DNA of 64,000 nt from a virus: positions 1 to 64,000 of the IMG/VR virus record IMGVR_UViG_3300042261_001309. The stretch is one strand, 5' to 3'. A model generated the notes under the pieces. That model was not told where the DNA came from, did no database searches, and saw nothing but the letters and a program-made list of their open reading frames with translations. This document shows, piece after piece, positions 8,817-17,545 of this stretch. Within the stretch, counting starts at the first letter, position 1, and each line of letters opens with the position of its first letter. A program made the position numbers and the translations under genes.

Positions 8817-8973
8817 ATCCTGCGTCGTATCCAGCTGTTATAGCATCAGTAAACCAACCAAGCATACAAGCTCGGTCGTTATGTTGTTTGGGGTTTTTCT
8901 CCAAAGCCTTAAACCACGAATCAACAAAGGCTTGAGCTTTAATATACTCCTTGTTCGCTTTCTTTTTAGCCAT
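8782..8973 (-). CDS. Hypothetical protein
   Basis: 63 aa, MLGWF..AITAGYD. Confidence 0.55.
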   Translation of the reverse strand: MAKKKANKEYIKAQAFVDSWFKALEKNPKQHNDRACMLGWFTDAITAGYDAGYDYASQHNREL

Positions 8974-8977
8974 TCAG

Positions 8978-9175
8978 TTAAATATTAATATAAGGGTTAA
9001 CTACCACTGGCTTTTTACTATAGTCGTACATTTCCTTGCAAAAGCGGTAATGCCCTTTAGTTACCTTGGTTATTCTACCCCCCATTGTAATTCCTTTGGT
9101 TGAATACCGGTGATGAAGTTTTACAATTTCTCCAAAGTTCAAACCGTCAGCTGTTTTTGTGATTACGATTTCCAT
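8978..9175 (-). CDS. Hypothetical protein
   Basis: 65-aa ORF, coupled. Confidence 0.5.
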   Translation of the reverse strand: MEIVITKTADGLNFGEIVKLHHRYSTKGITMGGRITKVTKGHYRFCKEMYDYSKKPVVVNPYINI

Positions 9176-9347
9176 AGGTATTTATTTTTTCGATTAAGTT
9201 TATGATTGCGAATACCATGTCACACAGACAAAGAGAATCTTCTCTAGCTACGCTTATACGTGGATGACTATCCGTATATTGGAAATGCCAGTCCAAGTTA
9301 TCTTCCAATATCTGCAGTAGCTGTTCGATCTCGGATATGTTGTTCAT
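9147..9347 (-). CDS. Hypothetical protein
   Basis: 66-aa ORF, coupled. Confidence 0.5.
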   Translation of the reverse strand: MNNISEIEQLLQILEDNLDWHFQYTDSHPRISVAREDSLCLCDMVFAIINLIEKINTYGNRNHKNS

Positions 9348-9352
9348 TTAAT

Positions 9353-9601
9353 TTACAGATGATGTAGTCTAGGTTTACCGGCATAATCGTCAACCGATAT
9401 ACGCTTATCATGCCCATCAAATCCTACACAGGTTTTTTCATTGGCCCATTTATCGTGTGAACCATTAATTAGATGTATATTACCGTTTAGCTTGCCAATA
9501 TAGCTGTCAGGCTTGCAACCATAACAAAAGTCACCCAGATGAAATACGTGGTCATCTGGCTGTACTTTATCGTTCCAATTGGCAATTAATTGCGCGTCCA
9601 T
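9353..9601 (-). pseudogene. Truncated calcineurin-like metallophosphoesterase
   Basis: MDAQLIANWN..V...D.VFHLGDF...HLINGSHD matches the central motifs; the first DxH motif (in-frame stop 8 codons upstream) and the C-terminal GHxH are absent. Confidence 0.65.
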
Positions 9602-9608
9602 CTCTTGT

Positions 9609-9857
9609 TCATAGTCTAATGGTTATTCCTTTAAGTGGTTCTTCTATATAGCACTTATTGTGTTCGGTTTTATTAACAAGTGCAGCCGTGTATAAGGCAT
9701 ACAGACAAACGACTAACAATAAGGCCGCCCAAAACCTACTTTGTTCCTCCAAGTTTATTCCGTCTTGTAAATGCGTATCCACCAAAAATACCAAGGCACT
9801 TAAGGCGAATACGAAGATCGTGATTATTTCCCACATATTCAACATTACATCACTCAT
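9609..9857 (-). CDS. Small membrane protein (2 TM)
   Basis: Two hydrophobic stretches. Confidence 0.55.
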   Translation of the reverse strand: MSDVMLNMWEIITIFVFALSALVFLVDTHLQDGINLEEQSRFWAALLLVVCLYALYTAALVNKTEHNKCYIEEPLKGITIRL

Positions 9858-10909
9858 ACGTTAAAGTGGTAGCAACCACGTTGTTGTGCTTCTGCGGTAA
9901 TTATATTGTTACGAGTATTAAGTACTTCGGTGTGATTCCATAAAGATAGGAAATCAGGCGCAGTTAAAACGTCCAATCCATCCCGCCATACAGGTAAATT
10001 TTCTCCTTCAATAAATGAACAAGGAAAGTATTTACCTTCGACATTAATATAAGCTCCAGTTTTTGTTGCTTCACAAGGTTCAACAAACTGAGCGTTCAGT
10101 TTAGCAATAGCCGGTGATAACGCAGCCATTAGCTTAGGCGCCCCGCATGAGTCACAGCCATAGTTAATACCTAGTTCAGCACACTTGTCAGTTACTTGTT
10201 TAAACTCATCCGCAGTAACTGAATTTAAATGTACTCCTCTGCCCTTTTGCTTGGCCATAAGAAATACAATGGCTTTTAAGTTAGCCAGTCTAGGATCATG
10301 TTTAATATCCTCTAATGTTTCGAAGATGGCCGATAACGTAGGCTTTGCTACGAGCTGATGTATAGTCACTTGCTTTAACCCGTTGTCAGTCAACAACTTA
10401 ACTGCGTCATAGCATATATTTTTGTTATTGTACCGGCTGACTGCACAGGCACCGGCCCATTTAGCTATATTTTTAGCTGTCTCTTCCGTAATCCTAGCTA
10501 CGGTTAAGTTAGGTATAATGTTATTCTTACGACAGTGCTCAAATATACGCCAAATATCAGGATTGGCCGTAGCCTCAGCATCTACTCCAAATGCAATTTG
10601 AGTTAAGAAATGTTCACCGTTATATTTAGGAAACTTACTGAGAATGGCTTTAAACGTATCCAAGGACATATGCTCCCCTTTAGGTGTATTGGCTTTATAG
10701 CAATGCATGCAGCCTTCATAGCACTGCGTAGTTAATTCAATGTCAGCCAATTCAGGGCCATAAGGAGAAAATACCGGATCGTCATCCAGGCTCCTTCCCC
10801 AACGAATAAATTTACCGCTACTTAAATTGAATCGGTAATTATAGTCCTCCGACTCGAAGCATTTCCAAAATTCACCCGTTTGCGGGCTTAATTTAAGCGT
10901 TATTTTCAT
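9854..10909 (-). CDS. Radical SAM enzyme with C-terminal SPASM/twitch-like Cys domain
   Basis: CYEGCMHC (CxxxCxxC); C-terminal CDSC, CEA...YINVEGKYFPCSF and GC cysteines. Confidence 0.9.
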   Translation of the reverse strand: MKITLKLSPQTGEFWKCFESEDYNYRFNLSSGKFIRWGRSLDDDPVFSPYGPELADIELTTQCYEGCMHCYKANTPKGEHMSLDTFKAILSKFPKYNGEHFLTQIAFGVDAEATANPDIWRIFEHCRKNNIIPNLTVARITEETAKNIAKWAGACAVSRYNNKNICYDAVKLLTDNGLKQVTIHQLVAKPTLSAIFETLEDIKHDPRLANLKAIVFLMAKQKGRGVHLNSVTADEFKQVTDKCAELGINYGCDSCGAPKLMAALSPAIAKLNAQFVEPCEATKTGAYINVEGKYFPCSFIEGENLPVWRDGLDVLTAPDFLSLWNHTEVLNTRNNIITAEAQQRGCYHFNV

Positions 10910-11219
10910 TGTTAACTGTAAAACCGTAGTTGGTCAGCATTAACGAATCCAATATTCCATCTGAAGTATTTTTATCCACCTGCAAGCCCAATTGTTTAAG
11001 TAAGTATATGGATAAATCACCGTTGTCTATATAAGTTGAGCCTCTTAGGAATTGGTCATTCTCAATTAAGCTAAATTCCCATTCATCCGCCAAGGGATCG
11101 TTGTGGACCGCTTCAGGATAGTCCAAGATTAATTGGTATTGCTTAGCCGTCAATCTATTAAGGGCAACAGTAAAACTCGCTGAAGACGAATTACTGACGA
11201 AGCTTTGGCGTATTTTCAT
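10893..11219 (-). CDS. FVSNSSS-motif protein 2
   Basis: MKIRQSFVSNSSSASF; its stop overlaps the radical SAM start. Confidence 0.8.
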   Translation of the reverse strand: MKIRQSFVSNSSSASFTVALNRLTAKQYQLILDYPEAVHNDPLADEWEFSLIENDQFLRGSTYIDNGDLSIYLLKQLGLQVDKNTSDGILDSLMLTNYGFTVNNENNA

Positions 11220-11554
11220 AGGTTTTGTAGATTTAAGTAATCATTTACTTCATTAAAATTTTCAACCGGCATCCATAAATAGTGCTTATTTAAGAATGTT
11301 TCCAAGCTACTTTCACGAGCATAGTTATCTCCGTATCCGACATAGATATTTTCGTTCGGATATTTAGCCTGCAATTGTTCAAATGGAATATCAACCGAGT
11401 ATTTTTCTCCCTCATGGTTATATGCAACCGGTTGCCAAATAAACCAACCGTCTTCACCGTAGCCAAAACACACGTTCTCGGTGGATATCACTAATATCCG
11501 TTCATCTGGCTTTGGTTTTACTTCGGTCGATTTATTAAAGGTTAAAACAATCAT
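11216..11554 (-). CDS. Hypothetical protein
   Basis: 112 aa, ATGA-coupled. Confidence 0.65.
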   Translation of the reverse strand: MIVLTFNKSTEVKPKPDERILVISTENVCFGYGEDGWFIWQPVAYNHEGEKYSVDIPFEQLQAKYPNENIYVGYGDNYARESSLETFLNKHYLWMPVENFNEVNDYLNLQNL

Positions 11555-11669
11555 AATACACTAACCTTTACATGCTTTATCAGCCACACAATAAGATCAC
11601 ACAATTTCCACGCTCCTAGAGGTAGCAGTAGAACAACCGCGAATTCCAGCTTGGTCGTATATTTATTTA

Positions 11670-11981
11670 TCATTTAGGCCTCACTTCACATACAGCGTTA
11701 TGCTTCATTTCATCCAATGAATATTCTTTGTTAAATTCCCAGCAATCGTTTTCTTTTAACACATATAAAGTTTCATCTAGCTCATTAGCAACGGCTTGCA
11801 AATTATCCCTATCCTTTACCAAGCTAATATCTCCGTACCATATCTTGCCCCTGTTCTCGATGGTAATATTAGCGTTCCAGATAACTTGGTGTTCCTGTGG
11901 TGCTACCTTGGAATAGCTTATCAATCTACCTACCCACAAATTGTGTTTGGCAAAAATGTCCAATATCGCGTCTGTAAGCAT
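11670..11981 (-). CDS. Conserved-type phage hypothetical
   Basis: GRLISYSK...NANI...KIWYGDI...LYVLKE pattern. Confidence 0.7.
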   Translation of the reverse strand: MLTDAILDIFAKHNLWVGRLISYSKVAPQEHQVIWNANITIENRGKIWYGDISLVKDRDNLQAVANELDETLYVLKENDCWEFNKEYSLDEMKHNAVCEVRPK

Positions 11982-11983
11982 AA

Positions 11984-12337
11984 TTAACCTGCTCTGTGTA
12001 ATATCTGTATTTCTTTACTATTGTTAACTAATTCGTTCAATTCTTGGTCATGGTAACTGATGGCTACGTACGCCAATTCTTCATCGGGTTGTAATACTGC
12101 CGCCTTGACCAATTCAACTAACTCATTGTCGTGATAAGGTTTAAGATAATGTAAAATGTCTTTCTTACCAATTGCAATAGTGCGCGTATCGTCTGAATAA
12201 GTAGTGGTTGCATATGCCATCTTGGACAGCAAATCTGGCGCTTTCAGTCCACAATATTCACATCTTTTCGCTGGTTTAATTATCACCAAAAAACTACTGC
12301 TACTTGAATTACTAACAAATCCATTTCTAATTTTCAT
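11984..12337 (-). CDS. FVSNSSS-motif protein 3 with CxxC
   Basis: MKIRNGFVSNSSSSSF followed by CEYC. Confidence 0.8.
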   Translation of the reverse strand: MKIRNGFVSNSSSSSFLVIIKPAKRCEYCGLKAPDLLSKMAYATTTYSDDTRTIAIGKKDILHYLKPYHDNELVELVKAAVLQPDEELAYVAISYHDQELNELVNNSKEIQILHRAG

Positions 12338-12365
12338 ATAGGTACATTTATTTCCAAGTTGTTGT

Positions 12366-12394
12366 TTGCATTCTGTAACATTTTACGGTACAGT
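12366..12394 (+). promoter_or_regulatory. Sigma70-like promoter
   Basis: TTGCAT-17 nt-TACAGT ending 8 nt before the GTG at 12403. Confidence 0.45.
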
Positions 12395-12402
12395 CTTAGT
12401 TA

Positions 12403-13158
12403 GTGAGAGCGAGAAAGTGGCAATTTTTACCGATCATAGTAGGCATAATTTGCCTATCTGGCTGCTCGCTGTTCCGTCCCAAGGACAAAGAATTTTTTCA
12501 AAAGAAAGTAATCGATGTCCCGGAAAAGATTACTCCTGCTTACAGTGAAACCCAACGTCAGGGTTTACAATACGTTAAATACAACGTAGATCAGGCATAT
12601 GTTGCTGCGCTGCAAGAACAAGCATCAACTAACGTCACGCAGCCTCTAACCAATGCCATAACGGTTATCGATCCTTTAATCGTTCAAGCTGGCCCGCCAA
12701 TTAAAGCCTATCAAGGAGATCCAGTTAAGTTAGCGCAGTGGATTAATAAAACTGCGTCTGACTATAATAAAGCGATCGATAAATATACAGATAAGATCGA
12801 ACCTTTAGTTGGTAAAAAGATCGAAGGAACAGGTTGGATTCAGATGGGTTATTTCACCTGGATAGGCTTCCTGTTGTTCGGTCTATTTTTACTGTATGCG
12901 GTCACTAAGATTGTGCTAAGTATTTGGTTTCCAGCTATTAGTGTGGGCGCTCGGTCAGTCAGCAATCTGACTAGTTCGGCCGTCTCTAAAGCGTTATCCC
13001 AAGTAATATCCGGTGGTGAAGCGTTTAAAACAATGCTCGACGATCATCTGGATGACCAAGCCACAATCGATAAAGTCAAAGAACTATTTAAAATTGCTCA
13101 AAATTCCAAACAAGATCAACACGTTCAAGACACAATTAAGGTCTTAACTGTAAAATAA
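12403..13158 (+). CDS. Lipoprotein with an additional TM helix (spanin-like candidate)
   Basis: Signal peptide with lipobox LSGC (Cys21); TM segment around aa 150-176. Confidence 0.6.
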   Translation: MRARKWQFLPIIVGIICLSGCSLFRPKDKEFFQKKVIDVPEKITPAYSETQRQGLQYVKYNVDQAYVAALQEQASTNVTQPLTNAITVIDPLIVQAGPPIKAYQGDPVKLAQWINKTASDYNKAIDKYTDKIEPLVGKKIEGTGWIQMGYFTWIGFLLFGLFLLYAVTKIVLSIWFPAISVGARSVSNLTSSAVSKALSQVISGGEAFKTMLDDHLDDQATIDKVKELFKIAQNSKQDQHVQDTIKVLTVK

Positions 13159-13164
13159 CTTATT

Positions 13165-13668
13165 ATGCCTACCTACGCGCAACTCTGGAAAAAATATTCT
13201 CGTCTAGCTGCTTCAGTTGCAGCTACCCTAACAGCTATTGGTTCCATTTATTTATTCGTTGAGAATGTTGCCAGTGTATCTGCCCGTGTAGGTAGCAATA
13301 CTGAAAAACTGCTGCTGCATACTGGCAGTATTTCCAATCTTCACGATCGCGTTGATGCTCTGCATGAAGAAGTTAAGCTTGATGCTGATCAGGATAAACA
13401 CGTTAAAATGTTAATTGATCAATTGGTTGTAATCGCTAAGGATAACAAACAGCGTATTGATGAATTGGATAAACGCGCAGCTGTAAATAGCTCAGTTACT
13501 GAACAGCTCGTAACTATAGCCAAAGAAAATCGCGAGCGAATTAATTCTTTGGATAGAACTACCACAATGTCTCAAGCTACCCTCAACTACATTAAAGACG
13601 AGGTATGTGAAATTAAAGCTGATGTCAAAGAACACCTTCTTGAGAATAAGCTCACCAAGAAGCAATAA
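13165..13668 (+). CDS. N-terminal TM plus coiled-coil protein (holin/i-spanin-like)
   Basis: Hydrophobic N-terminal helix, then heptad repeats with an internal duplication QLV.IAK.N..RI..LD. Confidence 0.55.
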   Translation: MPTYAQLWKKYSRLAASVAATLTAIGSIYLFVENVASVSARVGSNTEKLLLHTGSISNLHDRVDALHEEVKLDADQDKHVKMLIDQLVVIAKDNKQRIDELDKRAAVNSSVTEQLVTIAKENRERINSLDRTTTMSQATLNYIKDEVCEIKADVKEHLLENKLTKKQ

Positions 13669-13680
13669 ATTTTAAAAGTA

Positions 13681-13713
13681 GGCCTATACTGCTGTTATAG
13701 GTTAATATAGGCC
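13681..13713. terminator. Inverted repeat between convergent genes
   Basis: GGCCTATA...TATAGGCC. Confidence 0.35.
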
Positions 13714-13726
13714 CACTCAGGTATTT

Positions 13727-14074
13727 TCAATAATTAGCGTATCGTAGATTCTCTACTACGCGTTCCCATTTTTCGTTGGCTTCATTATTCTTTTCGATAT
13801 CTTCCAAGTCGTTTTCAATTATCGTAACCTTCAATCGCTTCATATTGGAATTAACGGCCGTAATCATTCCACAATTAGTTAATACCGCAATGTGTGGATC
13901 TTTAGCATATCTAGAAGCCATTGTATGTACTGCGTCTAGCAAGTCATTCAGCGTATAAGTCATCGACGGATGAATACTTACGTTCATCCGCTCCAATTGC
14001 TCAACTAATTCGGCATCAATTCTTACATGCTGATTTAAGGCGCCTGCTCCGCGTATTTTAGTTAATGGCTTCAT
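13727..14074 (-). CDS. Hypothetical protein
   Basis: 115-aa ORF. Confidence 0.6.
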   Translation of the reverse strand: MKPLTKIRGAGALNQHVRIDAELVEQLERMNVSIHPSMTYTLNDLLDAVHTMASRYAKDPHIAVLTNCGMITAVNSNMKRLKVTIIENDLEDIEKNNEANEKWERVVENLRYANY

Positions 14075-14179
14075 ATGGATGCGTTTAATCGTTAATATTT
14101 TTCTGCGTGCGATTATTTTATAAGTTATTTGTTACGATTAGATTACAATTTATATTTACCTATAAAAATCCGACTTTTA

Positions 14180-14371
14180 CTACAAAGGCAATTCAATTTT
14201 AACCAACTCCATAATATTGTTAACCAATTGCAAACACCGACGCAATTTGGTTTTAATAGGTTTGGATATACGCTCCACGCGGTTAAACTCAGCGAGAACT
14301 TCTTCAGCCAATCGGTGAAGTTCATCGATCCAAGCGGAAATTTGCTGCTTTTCTTGTTCGGTTAGGTCCAT
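14180..14371 (-). CDS. Small helical hypothetical protein
   Basis: 63 aa helical hairpin, possibly related to the left array. Confidence 0.55.
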   Translation of the reverse strand: MDLTEQEKQQISAWIDELHRLAEEVLAEFNRVERISKPIKTKLRRCLQLVNNIMELVKIELPL

Positions 14372-14390
14372 ATGTATTGTTGTTTTGGAT

Positions 14391-14594
14391 TTAATTTGTT
14401 TTCAGCCAGATTTTTAATACGCCGTCTGCTACACTAGTGTTATATAATTTAAACTTAGTAAGCTCTAACGGTTCAGCGTAATCCTCACGAATTTTATATA
14501 TTTCTACCAAAGTGGCCTCACTCAGTTCGGTTAAAAGATCTTCAACCACTGCGATTTTACGTCGCAGTTCTTCGGTTAGGTGCATATCTATCAA
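14391..14594 (-). CDS. Small helical hypothetical protein
   Basis: 67 aa, similar N-terminus to 14180..14371 (M.LTE). Confidence 0.5.
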   Translation of the reverse strand: MIDMHLTEELRRKIAVVEDLLTELSEATLVEIYKIREDYAEPLELTKFKLYNTSVADGVLKIWLKTN

Positions 14595-15336
14595 TCAGCC
14601 AATAATTTCGTACTTTATTGTATAAGGGCAGTAATACGTGTTCTTGCGATGCGATTAGTGTTGTGCTGCCGTCCCAATAGCCGTAACTTGCCATTGGCTC
14701 AGCATAAAATTTAAAATTACGGTATTTCTCAGCTGCGCGCAGCCACAGCATTAAGTCGTTACCAATCATCATTGTCTTATGCCATATGAAATCCCTACCG
14801 AAGTTTTTATCACATTCAGCTAGTGTTTCAACTACATGGTCAGTTTTAAATAAGCCGGATACAGGGCTAATACTTTCAATATTTGTATCTGCTGCAACTT
14901 TAAGTAATTTAGCCGATGAATATACTCCAGTTATTAAATTTGGAAAATAACTAACAAACGGTAAACCATACTTAGTGGCATTTGGTCCGTGAGCTATGCA
15001 ATTCCAATGGTAAAACCCAACATTGGAATTCAGGTCTTTTTCCAACAATTTAAACCTAGGTAATACTCGGTCATCGTCATGCAGGATATATGTCCAAGGA
15101 GTGGTAACCAGCTTGGCGCCTCTTAACCATGCTTCGTTATTACCTTTATCTTCTTTAATCGCGGTAATAACTGTATCTGGTTTAATTTTCCGTATTCGAT
15201 TATGTACCAACGCTAATTCGGCATCTTCTCCAGATGAGGTAATGATTAGGTTCTTTACCTCGGCGGCTAGACAGCTTTGAAATGCTTCCATCAACAGCCG
15301 TGGTCGTTTGTAGTTGGTTATGACTACTGTGATCAT
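14557..15336 (-). CDS. Glycosyltransferase family 2 (GT-A)
   Basis: ITVVITNYKRP N-terminal motif, LHDDD (DxD), GNDL. Confidence 0.85.
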   Translation of the reverse strand: MITVVITNYKRPRLLMEAFQSCLAAEVKNLIITSSGEDAELALVHNRIRKIKPDTVITAIKEDKGNNEAWLRGAKLVTTPWTYILHDDDRVLPRFKLLEKDLNSNVGFYHWNCIAHGPNATKYGLPFVSYFPNLITGVYSSAKLLKVAADTNIESISPVSGLFKTDHVVETLAECDKNFGRDFIWHKTMMIGNDLMLWLRAAEKYRNFKFYAEPMASYGYWDGSTTLIASQEHVLLPLYNKVRNYWLIDRYAPNRRTAT

Positions 15337-16085
15337 TGTTTTTTCAACTTATTTTTTAGCCAATAGCCTCTAGTCCGGTTGTAAATAGGTAACAACCTTC
15401 GTTCATGCGCATCAATACACGACGTGCTACCTTCCCAATAACCATAACTCGCCATCGGTTCAGTATAGAATTTGAATAACGGGTATTTCTCTGTTGCTCG
15501 TAACCACAGCATCAAGTCATTGCCTACCATCATGTTTTCACGCCAAAGGAAATTAGGACCGAAGTTCTTTTCACACTCAGCCAGCGTTTCAACTACATGG
15601 TCAGTTTTAAATAAACCGGCTACTGGACTTATGCTGTTATAGCTTGGGTTGGTCATTATGCCGGCAAGCATAGTCGATGGATATATACCAGCCGGCATGT
15701 TAGGAAAATAACTATGCTTACCAAATGTACCCATTCCATGCTTAGCACAATCCCAATGATAATAACTGATATCTGGGTCTAATTCCCGTTCCAATAAACC
15801 AAATCTAGGCAATACCCAATCATCATCATGCAAGATATATGTCCAAGGAGTAGTAACTAATTTTGCTCCTCTCAACCACATCTCATTGCAGCCCAGATCA
15901 TTAGGTATTGCCGTAATTGTTGTATCCGGTTTAATCGCCTTTATTCGACGATGGATTACCGCTAATTCTGCATCAGTACCGGATGATGAAATAACGATAT
16001 GCTTCACGTTAGCCGCCAAACAACTTCTAAACGCTTCCATCAATAACAATGGGCGCTTATAGTTGGTTATAACTACAGTAATCAT
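15333..16085 (-). CDS. Glycosyltransferase family 2 (GT-A), tandem paralog
   Basis: Same motifs; long identical blocks with 14557..15336 (GAKLVTTPWTYILHDDD, GLFKTDHVVETLAEC). Confidence 0.85.
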   Translation of the reverse strand: MITVVITNYKRPLLLMEAFRSCLAANVKHIVISSSGTDAELAVIHRRIKAIKPDTTITAIPNDLGCNEMWLRGAKLVTTPWTYILHDDDWVLPRFGLLERELDPDISYYHWDCAKHGMGTFGKHSYFPNMPAGIYPSTMLAGIMTNPSYNSISPVAGLFKTDHVVETLAECEKNFGPNFLWRENMMVGNDLMLWLRATEKYPLFKFYTEPMASYGYWEGSTSCIDAHERRLLPIYNRTRGYWLKNKLKKQ

Positions 16086-16199
16086 TTGGCTTTCTTCTTA
16101 CGCTTGGCTCTTAACGCTTTAGCACAGTAGTCTAAATAGCTGTCACCTTTGTGATGAAACCCATTTTCCTGGGCAACTAAAGCTAGTCGTTGCCACAAT

Positions 16200-16421
16200 T
16201 CAATTTTCTTTTTTGTCGTCATACGGCCTTATTTTAGGCAAACGCAATAAGTACCCTTGAGTATGCCACAATAACGTAACAATGTCCTCAAGGGTACGCT
16301 CATCGTAATAAGCGGTACATAACCAAGCAAGGCGAGTCTGCATCTCCATACAGGCTAACTCATACGCAAACTCGCTCTTGCTCGATTTCATATGTATTAC
16401 TTTGTAATGGTAAACTGCCAT
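16200..16421 (-). CDS. Small hypothetical protein
   Basis: 73 aa, helical-hairpin pattern. Confidence 0.5.
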   Translation of the reverse strand: MAVYHYKVIHMKSSKSEFAYELACMEMQTRLAWLCTAYYDERTLEDIVTLLWHTQGYLLRLPKIRPYDDKKEN

Positions 16422-17404
16422 TTACCGATGTCCAGCTTGTCATCTAACATGCTGGTAAACCCGGCCGCATGCTTATGCCCACCGCCACCAAACTTCTGAC
16501 AAAGCTCAGCACAGCTATTGTCCGTGCCCTGCTTTGAGCGCACAGAAAACATGATTGCATTTCCGCGCACGCACCAGATTACAGCGAATTTAACTTTATC
16601 GATATTTTCAGGTTTATGCAACAGATAATCACCGAGCTCTGACATCAGTACAGCTGAGTTTACCATAACAACCGGTTGATTTGCCAGTGTTGCGTAAACA
16701 GCGTTCTTAGCGATGTTCCGGACCATTTCCTCGCTATACACCAATATGGAATGCCCGGTAGCTATAAGGTCTAGCACACGGCTTTCGTCCTGCAGAATAC
16801 TAGTCCAATTACGCAAATCCTTCGTAACCGTAGCTATCCCGGCATTGAAGGCTTTGGTTTCCTCGTATTCGTATTTCCACAAGTCGCGGTCTTGGATATA
16901 CCGCAGCATAAATGGCATTTCTTCACCGGGATGAAAATAATCCCAAGTCAAGCCGACGCCAGATTTACACATGTCAAACTTGCAGAAGTCCAAGCCTTCC
17001 AAGTTCTTTTGTGCTGTTTCATGATGGTCCAACACCGTCAGTTCTTTGACCATCGATTTAATCTTCAGCAGATCTTCCCGGCTGAATGAAAAATCCAGAA
17101 TGAATACTGCGTCTTCTGGAGTGAACCAGTCCCAAGGAACGGGTTCTTTGTGCACCATGCCTTTACCTTCAACCGGAATAGGGTATAGCGCGGCAGCTGC
17201 GACAATATATGAACCAAACCCGTCATTACAGTTTCCACCGTGATAGATGATTTTAACCATAGGTTGTTTTGTTTGTTGTTTAATGATGAACCCGTCTTTC
17301 CATTCCGCGTGTAACTTTTTACAAATAGGAAACAAATAAGGATTATCACTTAATTGTTGTCCTGCTAAATAAGCTTTCTCTCCTTCTGTCTTAGCTCGAC
17401 TCAC
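16397..17404 (-). CDS. DHH/DHHA1 phosphoesterase with N-terminal RMF-like segment
   Basis: YH..NCNDG, ILDFS, LDHH, DRDLW, SVRS, GGGGH..AAGF; N-terminal EG.KAY.AG....NPY....W..GF. Confidence 0.85.
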   Translation of the reverse strand: MSRAKTEGEKAYLAGQQLSDNPYLFPICKKLHAEWKDGFIIKQQTKQPMVKIIYHGGNCNDGFGSYIVAAAALYPIPVEGKGMVHKEPVPWDWFTPEDAVFILDFSFSREDLLKIKSMVKELTVLDHHETAQKNLEGLDFCKFDMCKSGVGLTWDYFHPGEEMPFMLRYIQDRDLWKYEYEETKAFNAGIATVTKDLRNWTSILQDESRVLDLIATGHSILVYSEEMVRNIAKNAVYATLANQPVVMVNSAVLMSELGDYLLHKPENIDKVKFAVIWCVRGNAIMFSVRSKQGTDNSCAELCQKFGGGGHKHAAGFTSMLDDKLDIGKWQFTITK

Positions 17405-17545
17405 TTCTTTTTCTTCTTTCGCTTACTGCAACCAGCCAAAGTCCCTAAGCTTTTAAAAAAATTGCGGCTGGTCTTGTTCATTTCTTTAGCCATTTCAAAG
17501 AATAAGGTTAAAAGATACTGTTCCATATACTTGATTATCAGATAC

